The position numbers were made by a program, and so were the translations under genes. The notes below the pieces were generated by a model. That model was not told where the DNA came from. It worked only from the letters and a program-made list of their open reading frames with translations, and did not search any database. This document shows positions 1 through 12,445 of a DNA stretch of 64,000 nt, one piece after another (within the stretch, counting starts at the first letter, position 1; each line of letters opens with the position of its first letter). The stretch is from Takakia lepidozioides (Eukaryota; Plantae; Bryophyta). The DNA lies in NCBI GenBank assembly GCA_030704615.1, contig JAKLZA010000009.1:1-64000 (forward strand), given 5' to 3'.

Positions 1-29
1 AGGCACCATGCGGAGTCCATCGACGATTG

Positions 30-1660
30 GAAGTCCGGTACTGCATTTCCGTTCTGATTGAGAATCATGAACAAAGGGAACAGAAATGAGGCACCGCATT
101 TCCGTCCGAGTCGCACTTTCTGACATTCCAGAACGGAAATACGGCACCGCATTTCCGCCCGGGTGAGACCTTAACACTCTCCAGAACGGAAATGCGGTAA
201 CGCATTTCCATCCAGCAAGCACGGTATGTGAAGGTGGAACGGAAATGCGGTACCGCATTTCCGTTCTGATTGAGAATCATGAACAAAGGGAACAGAAATG
301 CGGCACCGCATTTCCGTCCGAATCGCACTTTCCGACATTCCAGAACGGAAATGCGGCACCGCGTTTCCGCCCGGGTGAGACCTTAACACTCTCCAGAACG
401 GAAAAGCGGTAACGCATTTCCATCCAGCAAGCACGGTATGTGAAGGTGGAACGGAAATGCGGTACCGCATTTCCGTTCTGATTGAGAATCATGAACAAAG
501 GGAACAGAAATGCGGCACCGCATTTCCGCCCGGGTGAGACCTTAATATTCTCCAGAACGGAAATGCGGTAACGCATTTCCATCCAGCAAGCACGGTATGT
601 GAAGGTGGAACGGAAATGCGGTACCACATTTCCGTTCTGATTGAGAATTATGAACAACGGGAACAGAAATGCGGCACCGCATTTCCGTCCGAGTGGCACT
701 TTCCGACATTCCAGAACAGAAATGCGGAGCCGCATTTCCGATTTGTATCTGATGCATGGAGCCCAGTGCAATTCCGATCGCTTGAGACAGCGCAATTCCG
801 ACCGCTTCAGACATTCATACTATCCAGAACGGAAATGCGGTACCGCATATCCGTTCTGACTGTAAATCGTGAACCATCGGAACTGAAATGCGGCAGTGCA
901 TTTCCATCCGAGTCGCGCCTCCCTCACAAGCTAGAACGGAAATGCGACACCGCATTTCCGCCAGGGTGAGACCTTCATACTCTCCAGAACGGAAATGCGG
1001 TTTCCGTTCTGACTGTAAATCGTGAACCATCGGAACTGAAATGCGGCAGCGCATTTCCATCCGAGTCGCACCTCCCTCACAAGCTAGAACGGAAATGCGG
1101 CACCGCATTTCCGCCCGGGTGAGACCTTCATACACTCCAGAACGGATATGCGGTACCGCATTTCCGTTCTTATGAAAAATCGTGAAACATCGGAACTGAA
1201 ATGCGGTACAGCAATTCCGTCGGAGTCGCACCTTCCGACATTCCAAAATGGAAATGCGGCGCCGCATTTCCGCCATGGTCAGACCTTAATACTGTACAGA
1301 ACGGAAATGCGGTACCGCATTTCCTTTCAGATTGAAAATCATGAACCACGGGAACTGAATTGTTGTGCCGCATTTCCGTCCGAATCGCACGTTTCGACAT
1401 TCCTGAACGGAAATGCGGCGTCGCATTTCCCTTTTGTATCTCATACATTGAGCTGTGGGACGGAAATGCGGCACCGTATTTCCGTTCAACAACTAAGGTA
1501 TGTGAAGGTGGAACGGAAATGCGGTGCCGCATTTTCTTCCAACAAGCACGGATGTGTAGCTTCGTGATGGTACTTAACGGAAATACGGCGCCGCATTCGC
1601 ATTTTCACTCCAACTCCAAATTTGAACACGTGGAGCATCGGAATTGCGGCACGTGTCTGC
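30..1660. repeat. Array of ~30 palindromes GAAATGCGGYACCGCATTTC with 53-bp period; higher-order repeat of ~212 bp (4 x 53)
   Basis: Palindrome starts at 83,136,189,242,295,348,401,454,507,560,613,666,719 and again 1092,1145,1198,1251,1304,1357,1410,1463,1516. A few spacer types recur in order. Confidence 0.95.
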
Positions 1661-1922
1661 ACTCTATCTGACTGAAGTGGCATGAGGCGGCGCGGCCTGA
1701 CCGTTGGATAATGATGTTTGTTTTTCGGACGGCAGGCGTATCCTGAACGATTCGAATTTCGTAATGACGCAAAGTCCACGAGGAGACACTTTCCTCCAAC
1801 CCTTTCGAACCCAAGTGCTGCATCACCGCCATTTCATCTGCTTTTGTCGTGTCTCCTCAGTCACCCTCTCGCGCCCTTTCCATCTGCACTCTTCGCCCCT
1901 TTTCCCTGTCTCTGTTCTTCTT

Positions 1923-4900
1923 ATGCTCGAACCTGAGAGGGAGGGAGTGCGTGCTCCAGAGAAGAGACATCGTCGCAAGCTCCGAAAATTGTACTTCGGA
2001 CGGAGGCCAATGCCGAAGGGGAGGAAGCAGATGCGTCTATAGGAGGAGATTGCCATCTCGCAGCATCAGGCCACGCAGGCAACCCAGCCACCAGTGAGAG
2101 CTCAGTGCTATCGGGATTCGCCAGCTGATCGAGCACCGAAACCCGCCTCATTTTTCTTCTGCAATTCTTAGACTGTATGCTAGGAGACTTGACTGCAGAA
2201 GATGTTTGCATGCCTAACCGGAAAGGTGGACGTGCTGGAGGGATCGCAGGAATCCAAAGAGCCGCAGGCAGAGTCCGTGGAGCTAGCTGCAGTACGCACA
2301 CCCAGCCGATCCGCGAGCACGGGTCTTCCTGCCGGTCCTAGCCCTGTGCGTTTCAAGGACGCGGCTTCCAAGGGCAAGTCCTTGCAGTTCAAAGCCCCAG
2401 AGAGCGACTCGCCTTCAAAGGTCATGGAGAATCGCCAGCAGGGGTCTAGCCCTTCTCCAGCAAAGACAAAGAAGAAGCAGCCCGTCCTTCAACTTGTTTC
2501 TGAACCGGACCAGGCCGTTTCCCCCCCACCCAGGCGAATGAAGCAGATTCAATTGCAGCAGACACCTTCACCTGCAAGAATGAGGAAGCACAAGGCAATC
2601 AGGGGGAGGGCGGAGCAGTCTCCAAAAACCGATTCCACGAGCTGAAGCCCAGTTCCTGCTTGATTTCCAACCTGCTGCAGCGAAGCCAATGGGATCAACC
2701 GGAGATCTGGTACCGGAGGAGGGTGCTGCCTCTCAACGTTCTCAGCAAGACCTGACCTACAGTTGAGGAAGACCTGACCACTGAAGGCCCGGAGGAGGCC
2801 TCTGCAATTGCACAATTGTCCGCAAAGATTCCCCAGAGTGCAGCTCCAGTTGGGGATGCTCAAGCTGCTCAGCCCCTGCCGCCACCAGCAAAAATGTCTC
2901 CGGAGGAATTCCAAAGTGTAGCGGATACAATGTTGGAGGAGACACATAGTAGCATTGGCAGAGTTCTGGGCAGCAGGGTATTCCAGCGGACTCTTCAAAT
3001 CCCACTCTGTCGCATGGTCTCCCTTCCCATCGTCAGGCAGGCACTTCCCGGAGATGTGGATAAGCTCAAGTTCGCATTTCGAGAAGGGTACCGTCTAGGT
3101 TCGCCAGCCTTCTATGTTTCCCTTGAGAATGAGGACGGCGAATCTCGTGGACCCACTGCGGAGGAATTGTCAACATGGGATACCCACTGGCACACTCGCA
3201 ACGACAAATTCGAGGCAACACTGAAGGGTGATCCCGACTTCGGCCATATGTCGGGTAAAATGTTCTTTGTGTGGGACGGGAATCACCGACTTCTCGCCTG
3301 GTGGGAGTACATCAAGCAGAACCATGCCAAGCACATTGGCTGGCATTACATGGTGGAGTGTGTCATCCTCAAGGTGAAGGCGGCAGACTCCTCCCTGCTC
3401 AAGAATGCCATGGCGGACCTCAACTCGTAAGATACTCATACCCTCCCATGCACGTTCGAAATGCGGTGCCGCATTTCGGTTTCCAATCTGTTTTGTTTCC
3501 GTGCTTTCGTGGACTGAACTGAGAGTGTGCCTTGCAGGGTCACTGAAAATGCGTACGTGCATACCCACATGGCACATATGCTGTACAGGGTGAGGAAAAC
3601 TGGTCTCACTGATCTGCACATGTTCGCGGAAATGTTGGAGCCCGAGCTCATTCAGAAAGCCGTGGCAAAAACTGACTGGACATGGTATCGTCTCACTATG
3701 GATGGAATGGTGGAGGTCATATACGAAGTAAGTCGTCCTCCCATTTCCCTCTGCTCATCCTTCCTCAATTTCCGGTAATCTTTCCACATGAATCGAATGT
3801 AACGCTTTTGCATGTTTTTGTTGGCAGTCAAACATCAAGCTGGATTTGGCCCATGCCAAACGCTTCTTCATGGAAAGTGAGGGGCAGGTCAAAACGTTGC
3901 AGTCATTGACTGAGCACTTGAAGGAAGCCGGGGTCAAGTCCAGAACGAAATACAAGTCAAAGCTTGTGAAGCTGGTGGCCATTGCAGATCCGGCACTTGG
4001 AAAGGACTTCATCCCCGAGATTGCAAAACACTATTCTCGGGCCATGCAGCCGACCATGCAGTTGGAGAAACTGCATCACCTCTCAACGGCATGTGTTGAA
4101 GCGAAAGAGAAGGTGATGTTTCAATTCACTGAAGTTCCTTCCTAGCAATAGCCACTCTTCTTCCTGCTCCTAACATTGGATCGGAAATGGCAGACACGGT
4201 GGCTGTCGATCTGGAATGCATCGGAGAGTATAAGGACAATGTGGTCTTTTCCACTCGAAGTTTCCGACCCTGCAGTGGATGTGTGGCTCAACCGCATGAC
4301 TTGGTGGTTCCAGGTAATTCAAGGTACTTCCCCAGATTTGCTTTTCTGAAATGAATTCCCTGAACTGCTACGTGACAATGCATGTGGGAATCGCAGGTAA
4401 TGACAAATGCGAAGGAGCAAGTCGTTATGCATACAAATTCGTTCGGCTTGTACGTCAAATGGGATGGAACACAGACATTGGAAGACTACGTGACACGTTT
4501 CAGATGTGCTTACAAGGACAACCTCTTCGCCAGGGAGCTGCAGACAGCAAGAAGGAGCGTGGAGTTTACACATCAGGAGGGAGCGAGAAAAGCTGCAATG
4601 CGAATTGTTTACAGGTGAAGCCCAGCTGTCCTTGTATGCAAAGCCTGGTAATGAGGTTTGTCTGGGAAATGCGGCACCGCATTCGCATTTTATGTTTTCG
4701 GTTGCACTCTGCGAGTACGTTAGTCTCAACTTTTGCTCACGCATGCTGACTGTCCTGCAGGTATATGAAATACGTGCTTCTTCAGACAGGGGCCCTGGCT
4801 CAAGAGCCCCCGTTCTTCATGGCTTGGACCGTGGCGGGCCCAAGCTGTGTCTACACACCCGAGATGCAGAAACAATGGCATGCCGCGCATCTGGTTGGCT

Positions 4901-7114
4901 GCCCGTGGTACCTGGACATGTCTGGCGGAATTGTTGACGAGTCTGAGAAAGATCTGCACGCGAAAGCAGAAGAGAAGAGAAAGGAAAGACGTGTCCCTGC
5001 TCGTCCAGAGTCGGCAAAGGAAGCTGCTGCTCTGGAACAATCCAGAAAGGCAGCTGAAATGGCACAGAAGACGGTGGATGCAGCTGTGCAGGCTCAACAG
5101 AAGGGGTCGAAGAAGCGGACTCGGCAGCAAGGAGCAGCAGTTGTGACACCCAAGAAAATGAAGAAGCAGAAACAGATAGTGCAGGTAGAGGGTGAGGAAG
5201 AGGACTCCGATGGAGACTTTGCAACCAGCCCACCCCCCGAGACGGAGCCAAAATCCCCTGTGCCCACCGTTGTCACGAGAGGGACGAGAACTCGCTCGGC
5301 AAAGAAGGCACTCTTCAACCCCCCGGGGGGGCACCCTTTCGAGCCGGTGGAAATGAAGAGGCCGAAAGTGGATCCCGATACAGTAGTCCAGTGTGTCAAT
5401 GAGAGTTTCTTGGCGGCTTTGGATGGACGGGCAGCCAAGTTGGCATACATGAAGACCATGGAGGGTCTGAAGGGCATAGCACTGAAGAAGGCGGTTGCCG
5501 AAGAGCCTTCCGACACCCCCGGGTTTCTGAAGATGGTCTCGTTCCTTGAGAGGGTGTGTGCAGACAAGGATTGCAGGAGGGGCGGAAATGCCACCGATTG
5601 GTCTTGCGATATGATCATCTTGGATATTCCAGACGGAGAGCCTGTGGAAGGACTGCAAGCTTTGCCATCTTGGAACAGGTACTCCGAGGACTTTTGGAAG
5701 AAAGGATTCGGGCTCGCCCGCATGGTGTTGGACGACAGAGGCTGTGTGGTTGTCCTGGCGAGCAGAGGCAAAAACACGCAGACATGAATTGCGAAGTGGA
5801 CCCGCAAGAGCGCCGTCCCAATTCTGAAGAAGAAGTGGACGTGCATCAACACATTGGGCCTTTGGTCGGAAGGGAAGAAGGTAATTACGACCTTGGCACT
5901 CGTCCTTTCATTTTCTTAGGAGTCTTGAAATGCGGTGCCGCATTCGATTTCTAATTGTCCCCCACTGTGTATGCAGACGAAGCAGTTCGATGCATACTGC
6001 TTTGTGAAGGAGAACTCCACCTTTGCTTTCCGGAAGGAGGGATTGTTGGTTGACCCGAACTGCGACCCCATCGATTACGACATCCTGTTCAACAACGTTC
6101 CCACGTAACTTCTCCCTCATAGCCTCACTTCAACTGAACCCCTGCGGTATTCACGCACTCGGAGCCCTGCCTTCATTCAGACAATTATGGAGACATGCAC
6201 TGACGTGGAGGGCACAGTGCTCGACCTCATCTGTGGGACAGGTATGCAGAATCTTGTTGTATGCTTTTCTGCAAACTCTCGTTATGCTTTCATTCGCAAC
6301 ATCTGAAGGGCCATGTCATAATGTGTGGATGGCATTGTAACAGGTGCCTCAATGTGGGCTGGGCGGTTTTCCGACCGGCACCTCTTTGCCTACGAGGAGG
6401 ACACAGGCGTCTGGGGATCCCATCTGGAAGGGCTGCAACGGAATGTGAAGGCTCCCATCGAAGTCAAAGACTCCTCGGATTCGTCGGAGTCGGAGGAAGA
6501 GACAGTGGACATTGATGCCGAGGAGAACCCGGAATACGAGTGAGTGCAAACATTGTAAGTTTGCAAAGCCTTCTGTGTGATTTTTTGTCAAACGCATATC
6601 CGGACTGTGGTTCTCATTGGTCTCGTTGGTGATTGTTATATGCAGGATTGGAGGATCCGGGTCGAAACATGTAAGGCCTACACTTCCTGCCAGGAAGAAT
6701 GTCCCGTTCTTTGCGAGGGCCGACTTCATGACGAGCCCGGTGAAGGACTACTCCCTTCCTAGTTATGCAGCTAAACTCGCAAATACAGCGATTAGACGAT
6801 GTGAGAATCCCAGTAAAGTAGAGCAGATTTTGGAGAGGGCTAGGGAGGACAGAAGGATAAGGAAAGAGTTGGCAACAGCTGAGGCAGGTAGACGGGTGCG
6901 AAAGTTCATATGTGATTCAGCGGATGAGAGCGATGCAGACACGGAGGACGACAAGCCAACGGAGGTGAGATGGTCGGTTCCGCAAGGTGAAGATGGGATT
7001 TTCGAAAGCCTGGCCAACGAGCAGTCCGCTGGAGATGATAAAGGCAATGATGGGGTGGAGGCGGAGCATGACAGTCAAGGACAGGACGACAATAGTGATG
7101 ATTTTCAAGATTAA
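1923..7114 (+). pseudogene. Spliced gene A: ParB/Srx-like N-terminal domain plus beta-class N6A/N4C DNA methyltransferase-like C-terminal domain (disrupted)
   Basis: GT-AG introns at 3427-3537, 3728-3827, 4113-4193, 4314-4396, 4615-4760, 5881-5976 and ~6242-6343 join homologous exons. Motifs: IPLCRM...FFVWDGNHRLLAW (~3000-3300), CDMIILDIPDG (~5605-5637), RYSRTRSPAFIQTIMETCTDVEGTVLDLICGTG/ASMWAGRFSDRHLFAYEED. In-frame stops near 2040, 5785 and 6107; frameshifts near 2650-2780. Confidence 0.8.
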
Positions 7115-7249
7115 TACAATTTTAATGAACTCTCTGTACATTTAAATTCAATTCCAGAGTATATAAACGGAATTCTCCCCGTCCTTCATGTCCCCTCTCC
7201 CATGTGCTTCTAAACGACAACATCGTCCAAACCTGGTCCCTCCCAAAAT

Positions 7250-8175
7250 CTGAAATGTGGCACCGCATTTCAATGTCTGAACGGAAATGTGGCAACTGCA
7301 AAAACCTCCTTTGGAAATGCGGCACCGCATTTCCAAAACCGGTGCAGGAAAAAATTTCCGTTTCATGGTTTAGAAACTGTTCGGACAAACGGAAATGCGG
7401 TGCCGTATTTCCGTTTCCGACACGGCAATTTTGCCGATTGCCAGCTCCTTCCATGGATGTAAATCGAAATGCGGAGGTCGAACATGGAAATGCGGTGCCG
7501 CATTTACCTTTTGGAGATGGACATTTTTCCAACTGCAGACCCATCGACGTTCTTGGGCTCCCCATTCCATGATGCTAGACGGGAATGCGGCACCGCATTC
7601 CATTGTCCAATAAGAAATTTCGGGACATCGTTGTTTGCCCAATTCCAGACCCTTTCATGGAAACGCGGCCCCGCATTCCATCGTCCTATAAAAACTTACA
7701 TTGTCCTGTAAAAACTTTCAATTGCCCGACATGGGAAATGCGGCGCCGCATTTCCAAAACAGCCATCGTTGTTTGTCCAATTCCACACCCGTGTGGGCAT
7801 TCCGTCTTGATGGACGGAAATGCGGCACCGCATTCCATTGTCCAATACGATATTTTGATGACGAACATGTAAATGCGGTGCCGCATTTCCAGAACTTCCA
7901 TAGTTGTTTGTCCAATTCCAGACCCTTCGACGGAAATGTGGCACCGCATTCCATTGTGCTCTCCGGAAATGTTGTGCTGCATTTCATTGTCCGGTACAAA
8001 ATTTCGATGACGGACACGGAAATGCGGTGCCGCATTTCAAGTATGGACATGGACAAGCATTAGCAACTGGACATGCTTGGATAGTTCAAGGTCGAATATG
8101 GAAATGCGGCGCCGCATTTCAAATTCGAAGTATGGTAATGCCATGTCAGGAAATGAAATGTTGTACAGCATTTCC
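7250..8175. repeat. Intergenic array of ~15 A-type palindromes (GAAATGCGGYRCCGCATTTC) upstream of the transposase
   Basis: Copies start at e.g. 7252, 7314, 7392, 7487, 7582, 7735, 7817, 7870, 7933, 8019, 8101. Confidence 0.9.
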
Positions 8176-8340
8176 GTTACGACGACAATGGAGGAAAGGG
8201 AGCTGCCAGAAATCGCTGCATGGAGAAAAATGAATTGCGCTGCCGAATTTCCGAGCTTCGGCGTGTACATGTTTCCTACAACTCATACATGGATTTTCTT
8301 CACCTCAGGACTCTGATATCGCTGACTCTGGTATAGTCAT

Positions 8341-10788
8341 ATGGACAGACACATTGTACAAATGAGACCTCAAATTGTAAACAGTGAGCCAATTACGGCA
8401 GTTCTTGAACACGATGAAACACAAGCACACAGAAGTGAGGTACGATGGGTGCCCCTGAATCCTTTCACCCCAGGGCTTGCCCCTCCCAGGACCAATACTT
8501 TCGTGTGCAGGTTCTGCAAACTTTCCCCGTCCTGTGTTTCTGTGTGCCACGCTCGTATGTATCAGGTGGCACACCGATGCAAGACAATGACGCGTGCCTG
8601 CATTCATATGGGTGCACACGAGCATCCTGTGTCCAAAGGAAGTTGCAGGGATAGCGTGGACATCGCTAGAAATCTGCTGAAGCAGGAGTTCCACAATGCC
8701 CCTTCTGCAACACCTTCTGCTATAGCGCTTGCAGCTAGCAAGGCATTCCTGGAGAAACACATACTGGGTGAAGGGGATGCGACACAACTTATGCTGGATG
8801 CAGATTCGCTTAATGCAGTCATGGACCATTTCTCCGTGTTGAGCTCTCCCAATATTCGAAACCAGGTGAATGCACTCAGAATGGGCACAGGCACTGCTGG
8901 ATTCATGGACAACATTATGGACCTGAAGCAGAGGAGTCGCTATGAATTCATTCAAAACAGTGTCTTCCCTGGCCAACCAGGAGGAGATTTGGCTAAATGT
9001 TGGTTAATGTTTGATCACTGCAAACGGGTGAAGGGTTGGACAACCATGGCGTGCCATGTGTATGATCCGGCGTACCAGCGTGTGCTCTCCATAGCAATTT
9101 GTGATATGCAGTCGGAGGACACTGAATCCCAAATGCTCATGTGGAATTCGCTCTTGGCCGTCATGCAGCGCAATGGAATACAAAACACAAATTTTGCGGG
9201 CTTCATGGCTGATAGTGCACAGGCAAATTTCAATGCAGTGCGACGCGTGTTTGGTTCGGGGGATCCTAAGGTCCCAATGGAAAATAGGGAGCGCACATGC
9301 CTCTTCCATTGGACTCAATCTCTGGCACGTCATACAAAGCGTTGCATTCGCCCTGACCTGCAGTTGGAGCACAGAAGGCTCTGTCTTAAGTACAAGAATG
9401 CCACCTCAATGGGAGAAGCTGAGAGCACTTACCAGGCAATCCGGGCTTGGTGGTTCTCCTCTGGTGCTGCAACAGGTACCCACGTAAAGGAGTTGGAGGA
9501 CTGGTTGGTTTTCTGGCACTTCAGGTACAGACAGTGGGGAGCTTTCATGACGACGGTAAGCCTCTTCAATCCCAAAAACAGAAATTTTGCATCGTGCCTG
9601 TTCATTTGGGGTTCTTCGATTGTCACTTGAAGAACCTCTACCATTTGTTTTCGTTCCTCACATATCCATGCAATGCCTCCTGCAGGACATGTCCTTGGAG
9701 GACTTGGCCGACATGCCATCCTGTAATTTGGCGGAGACTGTTCACAACGCCTGGATGCAGCAGTCTACCAAAGCAGGTCGTGACTTGTATGTGGCCACTG
9801 CTGATGACATGGTGCGTGCACTTACACAACAAACCAGGTACTGCAATTTTATGATGGGACGGGGTGGAGGCAAGGGCCCTGATACGACTTTGTTGATGCT
9901 AAGGACTGCGAGTAGGTCCGGAGTCCCGTCGAAGATGGCCAGAGCTCTAAACAGATGCACTGAAGGGTCCGCTCTACAATCCAGGATCCCCCATTTGGAA
10001 GGCGAGGAAAGATTTGGATCATGCAAAAGGAAATTGAACACTCTTCCAGGGTCAGATGGAGATTCCCATCGGCCAGACAGGGTCAATTTCTCTGTGCCAA
10101 AGGTGTCTCCACTGCAGACTGAGTCGTGTGCCCGCCCCTTCCCAGGTGGGTCCTCCTCCAGTGGAGCAGGTGCAGAACATACAAGCACAGCAGCGGGAAT
10201 CCCATTGGAGGAGGCGGTGGCCATGGTGCAGGAATCCGATTGCATTGATAGTGAGTGGCATATAGAACGCACCCCACCAGGATCTAGAGTGGCTTGCATG
10301 GCAATTCGGACCCCCTCATTCAAGAAATGCAAATCAAAGATATGCAAAGGCTCTAGGGGGACTCCAGCTCCAACATTCACAGGGTTGTTCCGACCTTATC
10401 ATAGTGGGGAGTCAAAGGACCACAAATTTTGGTTCTGCCCAGACGATATGGCACGATGCGTGAAGGGAACAGTTCGTCCTTTGGTGATAATGAAACCCCC
10501 TCCCCCCGCAATTTGGCCTGTGCAAATTGGGACGTCGCTGTCATCAACCAAGATAAGCATGCTGGAGGAGGGAGGGTTCTGTCTTGCACGGTCCCGGGTG
10601 GTGCCCTCATGCGCTGTCAGCACAGATGTGCCACATGCTCCGGCAATGCCGCCACCCGGTGCCGACTCCCACCCAACAAAAAGAGATGGAAAACAGTGCG
10701 CTGTTTCGCTTCGGGTGCAGATCACGAATGCAAGATGGAATCTGCTAGAATTTTGCAGGCTCGGGTGTCTCGTATCACCGAAGTCCCT
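8341..10788 (+). pseudogene. MULE-type DDE transposase A, 5' part (internal deletions relative to B, frameshift near 10700, interrupted by Gypsy)
   Basis: Motifs WLMFDH (D1), FMADSAQA (D2), RERTCLFHW (CxxH), PSCNLAETVH (E). Intron 9556-9685 is at the same position as in transposase B. Confidence 0.85.
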
Positions 10789-11836
10789 TGTTAGAGGACT
10801 GTAGGGGACTTAGACACTTATATGGGATCTGTAGGGTACCCTTAATTTTTGCACAGACTGAGACCAACAGGAGCCTTAGGGGTGACAGCAACGCACTGTA
10901 GAGGGGGGTTACACAGCCCGTCACAGTCGTCACAGCCGACACAGCCAACACAGCCCGTCACAGTCGTCACAGCCGACACAGCCCACACAGCCCACACAGA
11001 CAATCACAGCCCACACAGCCAATCACAGCCCGACACAGCCGACACAGCCAAACACAGTCGACACAGCCCACACAGCCGTCACAGCCCACACAGCCCGTCA
11101 CAGTCGTCACAGCCCACACAGCCCACACAGCCAGTCACAGCCCGGCACAGCCACACAGCCAGTCACAGCCCGACACAGCCAAACACAGCCAGTCACCGCT
11201 TGACACAGCTGTCACGATAATAGGGAACGAAGAGTAGGACAGGGAACGACTGTGGGGAACAACACCTGTGAAGGGAACATGTTAATTCACATACGACGGT
11301 TAGAGAGGGAAACGGTTAGAACCGCGGATAGGAGGATAAAGGGAGAAACGGGGAATGAAGAGGATGATTATTATTCGGGGGAAGGAGGATTTCGGAGTCA
11401 TACGGGAGCGGAAGTCGGTGAGCACGATGAAGGAGGAAAGAGGATTAGTAGATGCTTGTTATATGCAAAGCTGTAGGGATATTGTAGAGGAGAATAGAGA
11501 CACAATGGCTTCGGCCTGATACCTGATAAATCATAATCTGATACTTATACGATACAATCACACTGTGTAGAGAGATCTGAGTGAAGCTGTGGATTGAATG
11601 GAGGAGTGAAGGAAACCGATAAATTGATGAAGCAAACTGATGCTTAATTATCAATGGTAAGGTAGCTAAGATGAATGCGGAAAAGGAAACAAATAGGAAA
11701 CACCCCCATGATACACTAGCTGTAGGTCATGACTGATTGTTCTGCGCGGGCTGAGTACTTAGAGATTTCCAACTCTTCTATCTTGGAGTTTCCGCCTCGG
11801 ATAGCGAAGGGATGGGTGAGTAAAAGCCGCGCGACA
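10789..11836 (+). repeat. 5' LTR (1048 bp) with an internal CACAGCC/CACAGTC short-repeat tract (~10910-11210)
   Basis: Begins TGTTAGAGG and ends GCGACA. Near-identical to 23281-24354 and highly similar to 59458-60449. Confidence 0.97.
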
Positions 11837-12424
11837 TTTGGCGACCATACTGGGGACCTGGGACATGAACAACCAGATGTGACAGGCATCTGGTGGGATC
11901 ATGGTGGTTGGACCATTAGAGAATTTGAAGTGAATCAAATTCCCTGTGGAACGAAGGAAGAAAGATTGTCCAAACAATTCTTTCAAAGGTTCTTGGAATT
12001 GCCAGACGGATGTAAAGAAAATATTCTTAAACGAGTGCATGATGCTGATCCAGAATGGGGTCTGGAGAAAGGAGTGATAAAGATTTATCAGGTAGCCTGT
12101 AGAGGAAGAGCACGTTGGTTACCAACATTAGTTTATGTGATAGCGTTGCTATCCATTAAACGAGTAGAGTTTGAAGGCTGGGAAGAAAGAAAGGTGAATG
12201 TTTATACTCATATGCATGAAGAGCTTGTACTGGTAAAGAATTGGATTCCAAAGGATATTTTGTGGATCAAACTCACACCAAGAACAGCTTTTCAGACTTG
12301 TTTGCCATATGGTTATATGGTAACGGAGACTTCAAGTATAGCCAAGGGTGCATTGAAGCTTGAAAGAAATCCAGGCATATACGAGAGATATTACAGAAGA
12401 GAGTTTTGGTTATTGCCACATTAA
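11729..12424 (+). CDS. 231-aa extra ORF upstream of gag, starting inside the LTR; unknown function
   Basis: Open in both element copies (also 60342-61037), with one amino-acid difference (R/K). Confidence 0.55.
   Translation: MTDCSARAEYLEISNSSILEFPPRIAKGWVSKSRATFGDHTGDLGHEQPDVTGIWWDHGGWTIREFEVNQIPCGTKEERLSKQFFQRFLELPDGCKENILKRVHDADPEWGLEKGVIKIYQVACRGRARWLPTLVYVIALLSIKRVEFEGWEERKVNVYTHMHEELVLVKNWIPKDILWIKLTPRTAFQTCLPYGYMVTETSSIAKGALKLERNPGIYERYYRREFWLLPH
11839..11856 (+). promoter_or_regulatory. Primer-binding site TGGCGACCATACTGGGGA (tRNA-Arg-like)
   Basis: Lies 2 nt after the 5' LTR, starts TGG, and resembles the complement of plant tRNA-Arg 3' ends. The tRNA identity is from recall, not a search. 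Confidence 0.75.
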
Positions 12425-12445
12425 AAGAAATGAAAGACATGGGAC

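Noticed and set aside
30-1660. CRISPR-like array (palindromic ~24-bp repeat plus constant-length spacers)
   Set aside because: Spacers recur in a fixed order as a higher-order tandem repeat, repeats are degenerate, no cas genes are present, and the context is eukaryotic.
65-1832. Many overlapping ORFs with RKCGAAF/GNAAPHF/EMRRRIS motifs (also at 7122-8316, 35443-36796, 40477-41174, 52112-52895)
   Set aside because: These are translations of the palindromic repeats in all six frames, not proteins.
4726-5852. Long antisense ORFs (310 and 252 aa; similarly 50428-51144 and 33872-34729)
   Set aside because: Shadow frames of GC-rich sense exons with no recognisable motifs.
2816-6543. Bacterial or phage contamination as the source of the ParB/MTase sequence
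   Set aside because: The genes have multiple spliceosomal introns at shared positions and lie within TIR elements nested with plant-type LTR retrotransposons.
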